Origin: an uncultured cyanobacterium
Lineage (GTDB): Bacteria; Cyanobacteriota; Cyanobacteriia; CAKZMO01
Direction: 5' to 3'
Assembly: GCA_963719515.1 (NCBI GenBank)
Contig: CAVRCJ010000016.1
Location: 1-64,000 of the forward strand
DNA: 64,000 bases
Part shown: one piece after another, positions 40,821 to 51,126 of the stretch
How positions within the stretch are numbered: the first letter of the stretch is position 1
How the letters are laid out: each line of letters opens with the position of its first letter
Notes under the pieces: generated by a model
Databases searched by the model: none
Told to the model about the DNA's origin: nothing
What the model saw: only the letters and a program-made list of their open reading frames with translations
Translations under genes and position numbers: made by a program

Positions 40821-41454
40821 TCAATGTCGGCGATCGCCAAACCGATAGCGGCGGTGCCTTGAGAAAAAATCGCTGTCTGAGCTGTCGTAGATATGAATTC
40901 GTCCGAAGCCAATGAACTGACCGTGGGACAGTTCACCTTCCGGGAAGACCGTCACGCCAAACAGATAGACGCCTCCCCGGCGTGGGTTGCGCTTCGCTTC
41001 GAGCCGCAGAGCAACGTCTGTCCCGGGCGGGACCGGTGGGTCGAACGCCACAGAGATGGTCTCGCTTTCGTCATCCCACGTCACTGTCCCCAAGAGAGAG
41101 CTCCTCCCCTCGCCAACCCGCGCCGATGAAGGCCCGCGTCTCTTCTGGCTCAAACTCAACTTCACGAAACGCGCTGTCTCCGTTGCGCTGGCTGACGACA
41201 ACGCGCTTGAGCGGCTCACCGGCATCTTCAGGAATGCTGAGGGTGAAGTAGTAGCCAGGATTAGCCCGGCCCGCCGCATCCCGGGTGGTGGTTGCTTCCC
41301 CAAAAAGAGGAGGTCGATCAAAGAAGACGGTACCATCGGCAACCTGAACGGCTCGCAGCCCGGACGCTCCGGCCAGCAGAGCGCCCCAGGCCAGCACCAC
41401 AGCGCCAGCGCGCCTAAAATGCGATCGCCTCAGAAAATTTCTCATCACAGTCAC
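40821..41454 (-). pseudogene. DUF2808-like secreted protein, frameshifted (possibly a sequencing error)
   Basis: DGTVFFDRPP..YYFTLSIP continues as TVTWDDE..FDPPVPPG..NPRRGGVYLFGVT after one extra G in a G-run near 41088-41091. Confidence 0.75.
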
Positions 41455-41546
41455 CGCCAGCGTCTTCCGCTATTATACGAACGCTATTACTACGAACGCT
41501 AGCGGCTATACGGACCCCCATCGCGGCAGTGCCAATAGCGACAGTG

Positions 41547-42281
41547 CTAGTAGCGGATTTGCAGCGTTACAGAGGCAGCTCACCTCCTGCTCTTGACCCA
41601 CAACGGGCGTAGACGCATCATTGGCAGCGAGGGACTCAACTCGCGCCACGGGAAGTGGAATGGGTGGGGGCGTATTGGCGCCGTTGACCTGGATACCGAC
41701 GATCTCCTGTGCGGTGAACCCGAGCGCCTGTAAAACTGCGGTCGCCTGCGCCTGCGCGTCTTGAACCGCCTCTCTGCAAGCGCCTGCTGCTGGGCCGTGG
41801 CGATCGCCTCGTCACTGGCGATAAAACTTACGCCGTTAATATCGGTGGCTCCCGTTTGCACTAGCTCATCTAAGAGTTCACCCGCTCGTCCGGTATCAAC
41901 CTCAAAGCTAACGGTGTTGGTGGCCGTGTAGCCCACGAGCCGCCGCCGGTTGTCTGAATAGTCGTAGCGAGGATTGAGGGTAATTCCGGCGGTTTCTAGC
42001 TTGTCGACCTGCTCAGACTGGAGCTTTTCGACGATGCGGGTAGAGCGCTGGGCCGCCTCGGACTGAGCATCCTCAGCCGTAGCCCCATCGACTTGAACCC
42101 CCAGGGAGACCCTAGTCGCCGACGTCGGCGCGGCCTCGCTGCCCCGACCCGTAACCGACAGGACGCGGGCAAGGTTTTCCTGGGCGCAAGCAGGCTGCGT
42201 TGCGAGGCCGACGACCAAAAGCGCAGCGGGGACGATCTGTAAACTACGGCGAGCGAGTTGGGCGAGTTGATTTTGCAGCAT
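41547..42281 (-). pseudogene. SIMPL (DUF541) protein with two frameshifts (possibly sequencing errors)
   Basis: LSVTGRG..GYTATNTV..GVSF; continues AVQDAQAQA..TPVVGQEQEV after ~41770 and ASVTLQIRY* after ~41578. Confidence 0.75.
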
Positions 42282-42443
42282 TCTAGAAGACCTTACACCT
42301 GGCTATTGGCTTTACTCTTCTAGGGTCATACGAATTTTGAGCAAATGGGCCTGAGTTGAAAAAACTGTAACGGCACGGGCGCCGTGAACTGTACCAAATA
42401 GCCCCCTAAATGGCCCCGTGCTTAACAAAACAGATGAAATCGC

Positions 42444-42472
42444 TTTACAAAACTCAATAAAAGCCCTACTAT
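42444..42472 (+). promoter_or_regulatory. sigma70-type psbA promoter
   Basis: TTTACA-N17-TACTAT about 65 nt upstream of the ATG. Confidence 0.7.
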
Positions 42473-42535
42473 TGTTCACATGGGTTAAGCAATCGCTCAC
42501 CCGTTTTCAAATTTCAATAAGGCACTCATTACATT

Positions 42536-43597
42536 ATGACTACTACCCTACAGCAGCGCTCTGGCGCTAACGTATGGCAGCAGTTCTGCGAGTGGGTCAC
42601 CAGCACCAACAACCGCCTCTACGTAGGCTGGTTCGGCGTCCTGATGATTCCGACTCTCTTAGCTGCTACTACCTGCTTCCTCATCGCCTTCGTCGCGGCT
42701 CCTCCTGTGGATATCGACGGCATCCGCGAGCCCGTTGCAGGTTCACTGATGTACGGCAACAACATCATCTCTGGTGCGATTGTTCCGTCATCCAACGCCA
42801 TCGGTCTACACTTCTACCCCATCTGGGAAGCAGCATCTCTTGACGAGTGGCTGTACAACGGCGGACCTTACCAGCTGGTGGTATTCCACTTCCTGATTGG
42901 CGTCTTCTGCTACATGGGCCGCGAGTGGGAACTATCCTACCGTCTGGGCATGCGCCCCTGGATTTGCGTTGCCTACAGTGCACCTGTTGCAGCGGCATCT
43001 GCAGTCTTCCTCATCTACCCCATCGGTCAGGGTTCGTTCTCTGACGGCATGCCATTGGGCATCTCGGGTACGTTCAACTTCATGTTCGTGTTCCAGGCCG
43101 AGCACAACATTCTGATGCACCCCTTCCACATGCTAGGAGTGGCAGGCGTCTTCGGCGGAGCGCTGTTCAGCGCCATGCACGGTTCACTGGTGACCTCTTC
43201 ACTGGTGCGAGAGACGACCGAGTCTGAGTCGCAGAACTACGGCTACAAGTTCGGGCAAGAAGAAGAGACCTACAACATCGTTGCAGCGCACGGCTACTTC
43301 GGCCGCCTGATCTTCCAATACGCATCGTTCAACAACTCACGGGCACTGCACTTCTTCTTGGGTGCATGGCCTGTCGTAGGCATCTGGTTCACGGCGCTGG
43401 GCATCAGCACGATGGCGTTCAACCTGAACGGGTTCAACTTCAACCAGTCTGTTCTAGACAGCCAGGGCCGGGTCATCAACACCTGGGCGGACATCATCAA
43501 CCGCGCCAACCTGGGTATGGAAGTGATGCACGAGCGCAACGCTCACAACTTCCCGCTTGACCTTGCTGCTGCTGAGGCACCTGCCATCAACGGCTAG
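42536..43597 (+). CDS. psbA: Photosystem II D1 protein (Glu130, D1:2-type), 353 aa
   Basis: Canonical D1 with Mn ligands, YMGREWE, C-terminus [17 protein letters not shown]. Confidence 0.99.
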   Translation: MTTTLQQRSGANVWQQFCEWVTSTNNRLYVGWFGVLMIPTLLAATTCFLIAFVAAPPVDIDGIREPVAGSLMYGNNIISGAIVPSSNAIGLHFYPIWEAASLDEWLYNGGPYQLVVFHFLIGVFCYMGREWELSYRLGMRPWICVAYSAPVAAASAVFLIYPIGQGSFSDGMPLGISGTFNFMFVFQAEHNILMHPFHMLGVAGVFGGALFSAMHGSLVTSSLVRETTESESQNYGYKFGQEEETYNIVAAHGYFGRLIFQYASFNNSRALHFFLGAWPVVGIWFTALGISTMAFNLNGFNFNQSVLDSQGRVINTWADIINRANLGMEVMHERNAHNFPLDLAAAEAPAING

Positions 43598-43627
43598 GAC
43601 TCCTCACTTCAGCTAAGCTAAGCTAAC

Positions 43628-43659
43628 AAAAGCGCCTCCCACTGCGGGGGGCGCTTTTT
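43628..43659 (+). terminator. Rho-independent terminator of psbA
   Basis: AAAAGCGCCTCCC-actgc-GGGGGGCGCTTTTT. Confidence 0.85.
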
Positions 43660-44004
43660 GCTTTCCGCATTAATGCCCGCCCTAACCCCCTTAAAGACGC
43701 CGCGCCGCGATCGCCACGTGTGGGCGTCTCATCTCAAATATCAGCGACCCTCTTGCCATGGCAGCACAAATGACCTATCTTCTAGAGCTAGAGCCGTGGT
43801 TCATGGTTCTAAGTCTCCCAAAGATTCGGTCGGGCGGAGCCGCATGTTGATGCGAACAACATGTGGCCCCTAAAGCCACCACGACAGGAATAGGCTGTCC
43901 GGATGACCCTGTGTCGATTGTACTTGAGTCATTCCGAACCCTTAACGCGTCTGGAATGACCGGGTTCTTTGGGGGACTCCAACTCAACAAAACAGGAGTC
44001 CCTC

Positions 44005-44367
44005 ATGACAATCCAATATCCTTCGCTGTCTCTTGCTCAAGAGGCCGCCCGTCTCGCTGTGCGACAAGCCGTAATAGCGAACCAGCTCGCCGCAGGCCAG
44101 CCCCCTCGGCTACCGTCTCCCACAGGCGCACCCCATGTCCCCACGCTGGTTGAGCCCTCTCCAGCGCCGGGGTGTGAGCATCTACGGCATTTGCTCATCG
44201 GCTCCCCTGAGGGCGTGCGCCACGCCATCGAGCGGCTGCATGTGCTGCAGTATGTGGAGGGGCGACTGTGGACGCCGTTGATCGCTATTCCTGCGCAGGG
44301 CATCCACATTACCCCGGCCCATGGTCAGGTGTTGAGCTATCTGGTGCAGCAGCGTCCTATCCGCTAG
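44005..44367 (+). CDS. Conserved cyanobacterial hypothetical protein
   Basis: EHLRHLLIGSPEGVRHAIERLHVLQYVE..W motif; AGGAG RBS upstream. Confidence 0.7.
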   Translation: MTIQYPSLSLAQEAARLAVRQAVIANQLAAGQPPRLPSPTGAPHVPTLVEPSPAPGCEHLRHLLIGSPEGVRHAIERLHVLQYVEGRLWTPLIAIPAQGIHITPAHGQVLSYLVQQRPIR

Positions 44368-44384
44368 GAGCCTAAAGCGATCGC

Positions 44385-44762
44385 CTATTTGTGGTGACCC
44401 CTCAGGTCTCTAATCTTTTGGGCGATCGCTAGCAACACATCTTCTAAATTCTGCTCAACTTGACCATTGGTAAATCTGATAAGCGTGCTCCCTTTGCTGA
44501 TTAGGAAGGCATCCCGTTCTTGGTCGTAGGTTTGGGCATTTTCTGCGAAGTGACTTTCTCCGTCAAGCTCTATGGCTAGCTTTAGTTCGGGGGCGTAGAA
44601 GTCGGTGACGAAGGGGCCGATGCTATATTGGCGGCGGAATTTGCAGTTTTCGATTTGCCTGGCTCTGATTCTGTCCCAGAGGAGTTGCTCTGCGGGCGGC
44701 ATGTTGCTGCGGAGGGTTTGCCGCTTGGTTTTCTCTGAGCTTTTGTTGTAGAGTTTGGTCAT
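44385..44762 (-). CDS. DUF559 / Vsr-like endonuclease
   Basis: LRSNMPPAEQLLW..KFRRQYSIGPFVTDFY..IELDGESH..DQERDAFL..IRFTN. Confidence 0.92.
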   Translation of the reverse strand: MTKLYNKSSEKTKRQTLRSNMPPAEQLLWDRIRARQIENCKFRRQYSIGPFVTDFYAPELKLAIELDGESHFAENAQTYDQERDAFLISKGSTLIRFTNGQVEQNLEDVLLAIAQKIRDLRGHHK

Positions 44763-44817
44763 ATTGACATTGCCCTATGGTTCCTCTCAAGAGTTCCCAC
44801 TAAGCAGGAAGCCTCCA

Positions 44818-45267
44818 GTTCTCCCCCTTAGCTTTGGCGTTAGCCTGCCCGCAGGGCGTAGGGGAGCTAGAGGGGGTAATCAGAACGTGGGGCGATCGCT
44901 CATATTATGGACGAATGTAGCACCTCTTGATTTACCCCCCTTAGTCCCCCCTTGCTAAGGGGGGAAACTGTGAACTCTTAATTCTGTAATCGCTCTATAC
45001 CCCTCTTTCCCTTCACTATTGAGCCTTCGACATCCAAAGTCATGGTCTTCCAAAATGAGGATATTGTGGTTCTCCCCTGCGTGCTAAGGACACGCTTCGC
45101 GAAAAGCAAGGGGGAGCTAGAGGGGGTAAATCAAAACGTGGCGCGATCGCCAGGTCTTGGCTGCGTCGGTACGTCTTGCTTACCCCCCTTAGTCCCCCCT
45201 TGCCAAGGGGGGAAACTGTGAATTCTTATTTCTGTAATCTCTCTATGTCCCTCTTTCCCTCACTATT
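44818..45267. repeat. Two tandem ~200-bp units (period ~250 bp), each an inverted pair of CCCCCTT..AAGGGGG REP-like palindromes around a HIP1 site
   Basis: 44818-45020 and 45069-45267 share GGGGAGCTAGAGGGGGTAA..GCGATCGC..TTACCCCCCTTAGTCCCCCCTTGCYAAGGGGGGAAACTGTGAA..CACTATT. Confidence 0.85.
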
Positions 45268-45279
45268 AAATTCTCAAGC

Positions 45280-45556
45280 TCCAACGACGAAGCTTTTTGC
45301 TTCAGCGGCGAGGCTCTGGGCCTGAACAGTCAGGCTTTTTGCTCGGGCGATGAGGTTCTGAACTCCAATGACGAAGCTTTGAGCTCGGATGATGAAGCTT
45401 TTTACCTGAGCAAAGAAGTCCTGAGCTTCAGCGGTGAGGCTTTTTGCTCGGGCGGTGAGGTTCTGAACTCGGGCGATGGGGCTTTCTACTTCGGCAGCGA
45501 GGTGTTGAGCGTTGACGGCGATCGCTTGAGCGTCAACGGTGAGGTGGTTTGCTTTT
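45280..45556 (+). repeat. Degenerate 21-bp tandem repeat array (~13 units)
   Basis: Translates stop-free as heptads SNDEAFC FSGEALG LNSQAFC SGDEVLN SNDEALS SDDEAFY LSKEVLS FSGEAFC SGGEVLN... Confidence 0.75.
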
Positions 45557-48500
45557 ATTGAGAGTCATTGTGGTCAACTGCTCCCATCAATTTTAGTGTT
45601 GTCTGCTGTCCTGCTTTCAGGCCTTTAGCTCCAGAAATATTCGCTCCTGAACATGCCCGCTCGTCAATCACTCGCAAGCATTCGCCTGTTTCTACATCCC
45701 ACACTCGAATCGTCTCGTCTGAGCTACTAGAGACAATTTGAGCATTGTCAGGACTGAAAGCCATAGACCACACTCCACCCAAATGCCCCTCAAATGTGCG
45801 TATGCATTTTCCCGAAATTATAGACCATATCTTTAGCGTACGATCAAAGCTACCAGAAGCGATTGATGTGCCATTGTGGCTGAAGGCCAGAGACCATACC
45901 CGGCTTGAGTGACCTTGCAAGGTGCGTATGCATTCTCCTGATTTAATAGACCACAGCTTTACAGTATTGTCATCACTGCTAGAGGCTAATGTCATACCAT
46001 CAGGACTGAAGACTACAGAGCTAACCGAATCCAAATGGCCCTTGAGGGTGCGTATACATTTCCCTGATTCAATGGACCACAGTTTTACAGTGTTGTCTCT
46101 GCTGCCAGAAGCTAATGTTATGTCATCAGGGCAGAAGGTCACAGATCTAACTGCGTCCGAATGTCCTCTAAAGGTACGGATACAGTTACCTGACCTAACA
46201 GACCATAGCTCTAGCAAGTTATCAGAGCTACTAGAGGCAAGTAAGCTACCATCAATGCTAAAAGCTAGAGACGTGACCCAGTTCGAGTGGCTTTGAAAGG
46301 TTTGGATACATTCGCCTGACTTGACAGCCCACAGCTTCAGCGTGCCATCAGAACTGCTAGAGGCAAGTAACCTACCATCAATGCTAAAAGCTAGAGACAT
46401 GACCCAGTTCAAGTGGCCTTCAAAAGTGCGGATACACTTCCCGTTCCCAATGGACCACAACTTCAATGTACTGTCAGAGCTACCCAAGGCAAATTTCGTA
46501 CTATCAGGGTTGAAGACCACGGACAAAGTCCTATTTGAGTGACCTTGTAAGGTGCGGATACATTTTCCTGATTCTACAGACCACGTCTTCAGCGTGCTGT
46601 CAGAACTGCCTGAGACAAGTGCTTTACCATCAAGGCTGAAGACTACACACCTAACCCAATTTAAGTGCCCCTCCAGACTGTGGATGCAATCTCCCGATTC
46701 AACAGACCATAGCCTTATCGTCTTGTCAGAACCACCAGAGGCAATTTTTGTACCATCAGGACTGAAAGCTATGGACCAAATCCAATCTGAATAGTCATTA
46801 AGGGTACGAGTACATCGCTCAGATAACACATCCCACAACTTCAACACACTGTCAGAACTACTGGAGGCAAGTGTTGTGCCATTCGGGGCAAAAACCACAG
46901 ATAAAATACCGCTTGAGTGTCCCTCAAAGGTGCGGATGCACTCTCCTGATTCTACGGACCAGAGCTTCACCGTCCCGTCAAGACTGCCGGATGCGATTGT
47001 TTTACCATTGGGGCTAAAAACTACAGATCTAACTGCACCTGTATGTCCCTCGAAGGTGCAAATGCACTGCCCTGAATCTATGGAACATAGCTTCACGGTC
47101 TTGTCAGAACTACCAGAAGCGATTGTTCTACCGCTAGGGCTGAAGGCCACCGACCAAACTAAACCTGAATGGCCTCTTAAGGTACGGATACATTTCCCAG
47201 ACTCGACAGACCATAACTTCACGGTCTTATCAGAGCTGCTGGAGGCGAACACCATGCTGTCAGAATTGAAAGCTACTGAACTAACTGCATCCAAGTGGCC
47301 TAGGCAGGATAAGATTGCTTGGCCTGTTTCAACATCCCAAATTTGTACCGTTGTTTTACTGTCTCCGATGGCGAAGTAATTTCCATCAGGGCTCAATGCT
47401 GCTGAATTAATGCTACCGACAATCTTGGAAAAGACTGCTTCCAAAAACGTCGCTCCCTGTAGATCGACACAACGCAAAAATGCTCTACTGAAATCAACAC
47501 CTTTGAGTTTAGTGCAGCTAAAATCACACCCCTCCAACGCATGCGCCGATCGCCCCAACATCAGCTGCACTACATTCCCGCCAAAATACCCCACATCCTC
47601 CAACGATCGCCCCCGTGTCTCCCAGACCAAAGGCAAGAGCCGCTCCCGCATCGTCTCCGCGTCTAGCATCGGCGAAGCCAAATCCAGCACCGCCCGCGCC
47701 AGCTTCGCATCTCGCAGCAGCGGCAGCAACTCCTCATATGCCATCGCCCGAAACTGATCCAAAGGCGCGATCGCCTCCACCGCCCCATCAGTCCCCAGCG
47801 ATCGCCGAAAATACCCTTCCCAGGTATACTCCTGTGCAGGCAGCGCCTCATTCACCCCCGACTGCTCCCGCGCTACGGCCACAAAATCCTCCGCCATCGC
47901 CCCCAGCGACGCCACAATCTTATAGGCCACAAAAAACTCCAGCAGCGATCGATGCGCCGGGCTGTAATCCCCCTCCGAATTGCGAATCAGCATCGTCTGG
48001 CCCATCATGTCGTAGCGCCAGTGGTCCAGCTCCTTCTCCTCCCGCACCCGCTCGTCAAACATCTGCTGCAGCCGCATCCGGAAAGGCCCGATAATTCAGA
48101 CTCATCTGGTCCGTCGACAACATCTCCCACGACAGCTCACACAAAAAGTAGAGCTTATCCGCCAAAGAGGTGAACGTGCGATCGCTCTTGATATCCCGGT
48201 CCATTTTCTGGGTCACCGCATACAGATAGACCCGCGCCATATCCACCGGCTTCCCCGCCTCAATCTCCGGCAGCGCCTCCAAAATCAGGTCCACCATCAC
48301 CGGACGCCGCGCCAAGTCCAGCAATTGCGGGTTATCCGTCACCTTGGCCACCGTCTCCGGCTTGGCTTTATGTCCCAGCAGTTCCCCAATCTGCTCATCG
48401 CTAAACTTCGCCAGCTCCAGCACCTCAAACTGGGGCGGCTCCCCCGTCAGGTTAGCGGTGGAGGCCTTCAGCTCCGCTCCCAGCAGCTTTCGCCCCTCAA

Positions 48501-50015
48501 TCGCATCCGGGAAATGCTCCGTGCGGCAGGTCAAAATCGCCTTCGCCCCCGGCACCACCACGCGGGCCAGCTCCCAAAAGTTGTCGATCATCGCCTGGCG
48601 GTTGACTCTCGCCGCCATCTCGTCAAAGCCATCAAAAATCAGCAGCAGCTTACCCATGCGGTTCAGCCGCTCAAAGGCGCTGTACCCCGGCAGCGGGATT
48701 TCATGCTTACGGAAAAAGAACTCCGAAAACAGCGACTCCACGGTCACCGCCTTGGCGTAGTCCCGCAGGGGAATCACTAGGGGCAGCCGGGGCCGCTCCA
48801 CCCCCTTCTTCTTTGCCTCCTGGTACTTCTGCAGCGCCACCCAGGCGTAGTGCAGGGCAAACCAAGTTTTACCGGTGCCAAACTCCCCCAGCACCGACAG
48901 GTGCTCCTTGGAGGGGTCCGCCAGCCACTGGTCCACATAGCCCTCAATCCAGCCCTCGTCTTCGCCGTAGTGGCTGATGCCCAGCTTCTGGTGCGTTTTG
49001 GGGTCGATTTCGTCCTTGGAGCAGCCTAAAGGAATGTAGTCCTGGTCAATGCGGCGATCGCGAATTTCCTGCTCTAGCCACTCTAGATATTGCGTAAAGT
49101 CGGCGTCTTCATCCAGCAGCTCGTCTAGGGTATAGCAGGAGAGCCGGTCGTCCTCCTCGACGGCTTTGCGGGCCGCGCCGCTCACCCGGCGATTAGAGAC
49201 CAGCCATCCCTCATCGGTGTTGTGCTGCTGCACCGAGTCTCGTAGATCCTGCAGGTGAGATATCCCCGCTTCCCCCATCACCCCCCGCACCAGCACCCGG
49301 TCGTAGCGCCGCCGCCGTACGGGGATGGTGATGATCCATTCAAAGTAGTCTTCGCCTGTAACGTTGTGGGATTCCCAGCCGTAGCCCAGCACCTCAAACC
49401 AGTCCCGGAGCTGGGCGGCCAACGCCATCTCGCCTGGTGAAGCGTCGGAAGCAGCGATCGCCTTTAGCTTCTCCTCCAAGACCTGCGGCAGCTTAGCCAA
49501 GTCAGAGATGCCCGCCAGCTGCGATCGCAATTCCCCCAGTTCCCGACTGAGCTCCTGCTTCAAAATCACCGTCTGCAGATGCTCCTTGGGCGTCTGGCTG
49601 CGCCGCACCACATCTACAAAGACGGCAAAGAACAGCGTCACCTCCCGCTGAGTATCGATGCCCTGTTCCTGCACCGCCTGGGCCACAAAGTTCCACTCGT
49701 TGGCCCATTGGTCGTTCGGTTAGCGCTGGTTCGCTGGTCTACCGCCTGGCGCAGCGGCGTCGCATCCCACTGGTCAAAAGCTTGGCGAAAGGCGGCTTTG
49801 GTTTCTGGCTCATCCAAGAGCTGCAAAATTGCTGGCGAGGTCCCCTCTTCCCGTATGGCGTACTCCACCAGCGCATAGGTATAGGCCGCGCCAAAGCTGG
49901 CGGGGGGATGCTCCGGGTCGAGGCCGAATTGCTTCAGCGTTCTAATATAAACTGCGCTGCGCTGCGCGGGCGCTTTGGCGACGGTGGCGATCGCCTTGAG
50001 GAGGATGTTCAGCAT
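45555..50015 (-). CDS. NLR-like STAND protein: helical N-domain, Mrr/REase-like domain, NACHT NTPase, pentapeptide segment, 14 WD40 repeats; two frameshifts in this sequence
   Basis: Three ORF pieces join with single-base corrections near 49718 and 48075. Walker A GEFGTGKT, Walker B LLIFDGFDEM, ILTCR sensor, 14 GH..W repeats. Confidence 0.85.
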
Positions 50016-50033
50016 TGGCCATAGTCGCCGATT

Positions 50034-50078
50034 GATGACAATGCTATTATGGCGGCTGAAATTCGGCACTGTCGAAAA
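50034..50078 (-). repeat. 45-bp direct repeat copy 1 (promoter-like, upstream of the NACHT gene)
   Basis: GATGACAATGCTATTATGGCGGCTGAAATTCGGCACTGTCGAAAA; near-identical copy at 54769-54814; CATAAT on the minus strand. Confidence 0.75.
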
Positions 50079-50178
50079 CGCTCACCCGGCGATCGCGGAG
50101 GTGCCACATCAACAAAATCGTCTTTGCGGGACTACACTCAAACCTACTGCTGCAGCCCATGTATTCCAGTCCTTTTCT

Positions 50179-50886
50179 ATGAACACCTCTGAGCAAAGCC
50201 CCGCCCAAATCTTCCACTCCGACCACTACTTGCGTCACAATGCGCGGCGGCTGGAGCATCTGACGAGCCTACGCATTCCCGTCGCGGGGCTGTCCGTGCT
50301 AGAGGTTGGTGCCGGTATTGGCGACCACTCCCACTATTTTATTGACCGGGGCTGTAACATCACCATCACCGAAGCCCGCAGCGAGAACATCGATTATCTA
50401 AAGCAGCGCTATCCCGATCAAAAGGTTCAGTTCCTCGATATGGAGGCTCTCCAGCCCGTCCAAGGCGCACCGTTTGATGTGGTCCACTGCTACGGCTTGC
50501 TTTACCATTTGAGCAACCCCCAGGAGGCCCTGGCCTTTTTGAGTGAGAACGCAAGTAAGCTCCTGCTGCTCGAAACCTGCGTCTCGTTTGACGTCGGCAG
50601 CGCCATCAATCTCACTGATGAGGATCAGGTAAACCCTTCACAGGCTTACTCTAGTAAGGGCTGCAGACCAACAAGGGCGTGGTTGTTTGCGCAGCTAAAG
50701 CAGCATTTCGACCATGTTTACATTCCAAAAACGCAGCCGTGGCACGAGGAATTTCCGTTGGACTGGACCGCGCCAGAACAGCACCGCGCGCCGCTACAGC
50801 GGGCGATATTCATCGCATCCCGAGAGGCGCTGGACAATCGGGTACTGGTCCCCACGCTAATTAACCAGCACCGACGGCATAGATAA
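50179..50886 (+). CDS. Class I SAM-dependent methyltransferase
   Basis: VLEVGAGIG motif I, FDVVHCYGLLYHL. Confidence 0.88.
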   Translation: MNTSEQSPAQIFHSDHYLRHNARRLEHLTSLRIPVAGLSVLEVGAGIGDHSHYFIDRGCNITITEARSENIDYLKQRYPDQKVQFLDMEALQPVQGAPFDVVHCYGLLYHLSNPQEALAFLSENASKLLLLETCVSFDVGSAINLTDEDQVNPSQAYSSKGCRPTRAWLFAQLKQHFDHVYIPKTQPWHEEFPLDWTAPEQHRAPLQRAIFIASREALDNRVLVPTLINQHRRHR

Positions 50887-50908
50887 ACTTGCGATTGCCT
50901 CTGCTGCT

Positions 50909-51110
50909 CTACTGCCCCTGAATCGCCTGAATCTGAGCATTAAAGTAGCCCGTCCGGTAGCTGAGCTGCTGGGCCGTCAGCCCCCGCTGGAAGGCCGCGA
51001 TCGCCCGCTGGTTGGCCCCTAATTCGCGGTGAATCTGGCCGATCTGGTCAAAGAGGCTCCATCATGCCGTAGGTGTTGAGGTTGTCTACCTGCCCAACTT
51101 GCCGTAGCTA
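50909..51110 (-). pseudogene. C-terminal fragment of a TPR protein
   Basis: NTYGMME / LFDQIGQIHRELGANQRAIAAFQRGL..QQLSYRTGYFNAQIQAIQGQ*, with an internal frameshift and no start. Confidence 0.5.
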
Positions 51111-51126
51111 GGCTGCTAACCCGCTA

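Noticed and set aside
45280..45556. 21-bp array as CRISPR or DGR template
   Set aside because: No constant repeat with unique spacers, no reverse transcriptase, no adenine-specific TR/VR pair seen.
45922..47757. Repetitive plus-strand ORFs opposite the WD40 region and other antisense ORFs in the track
   Set aside because: Shadow frames of real genes with no independent motifs.
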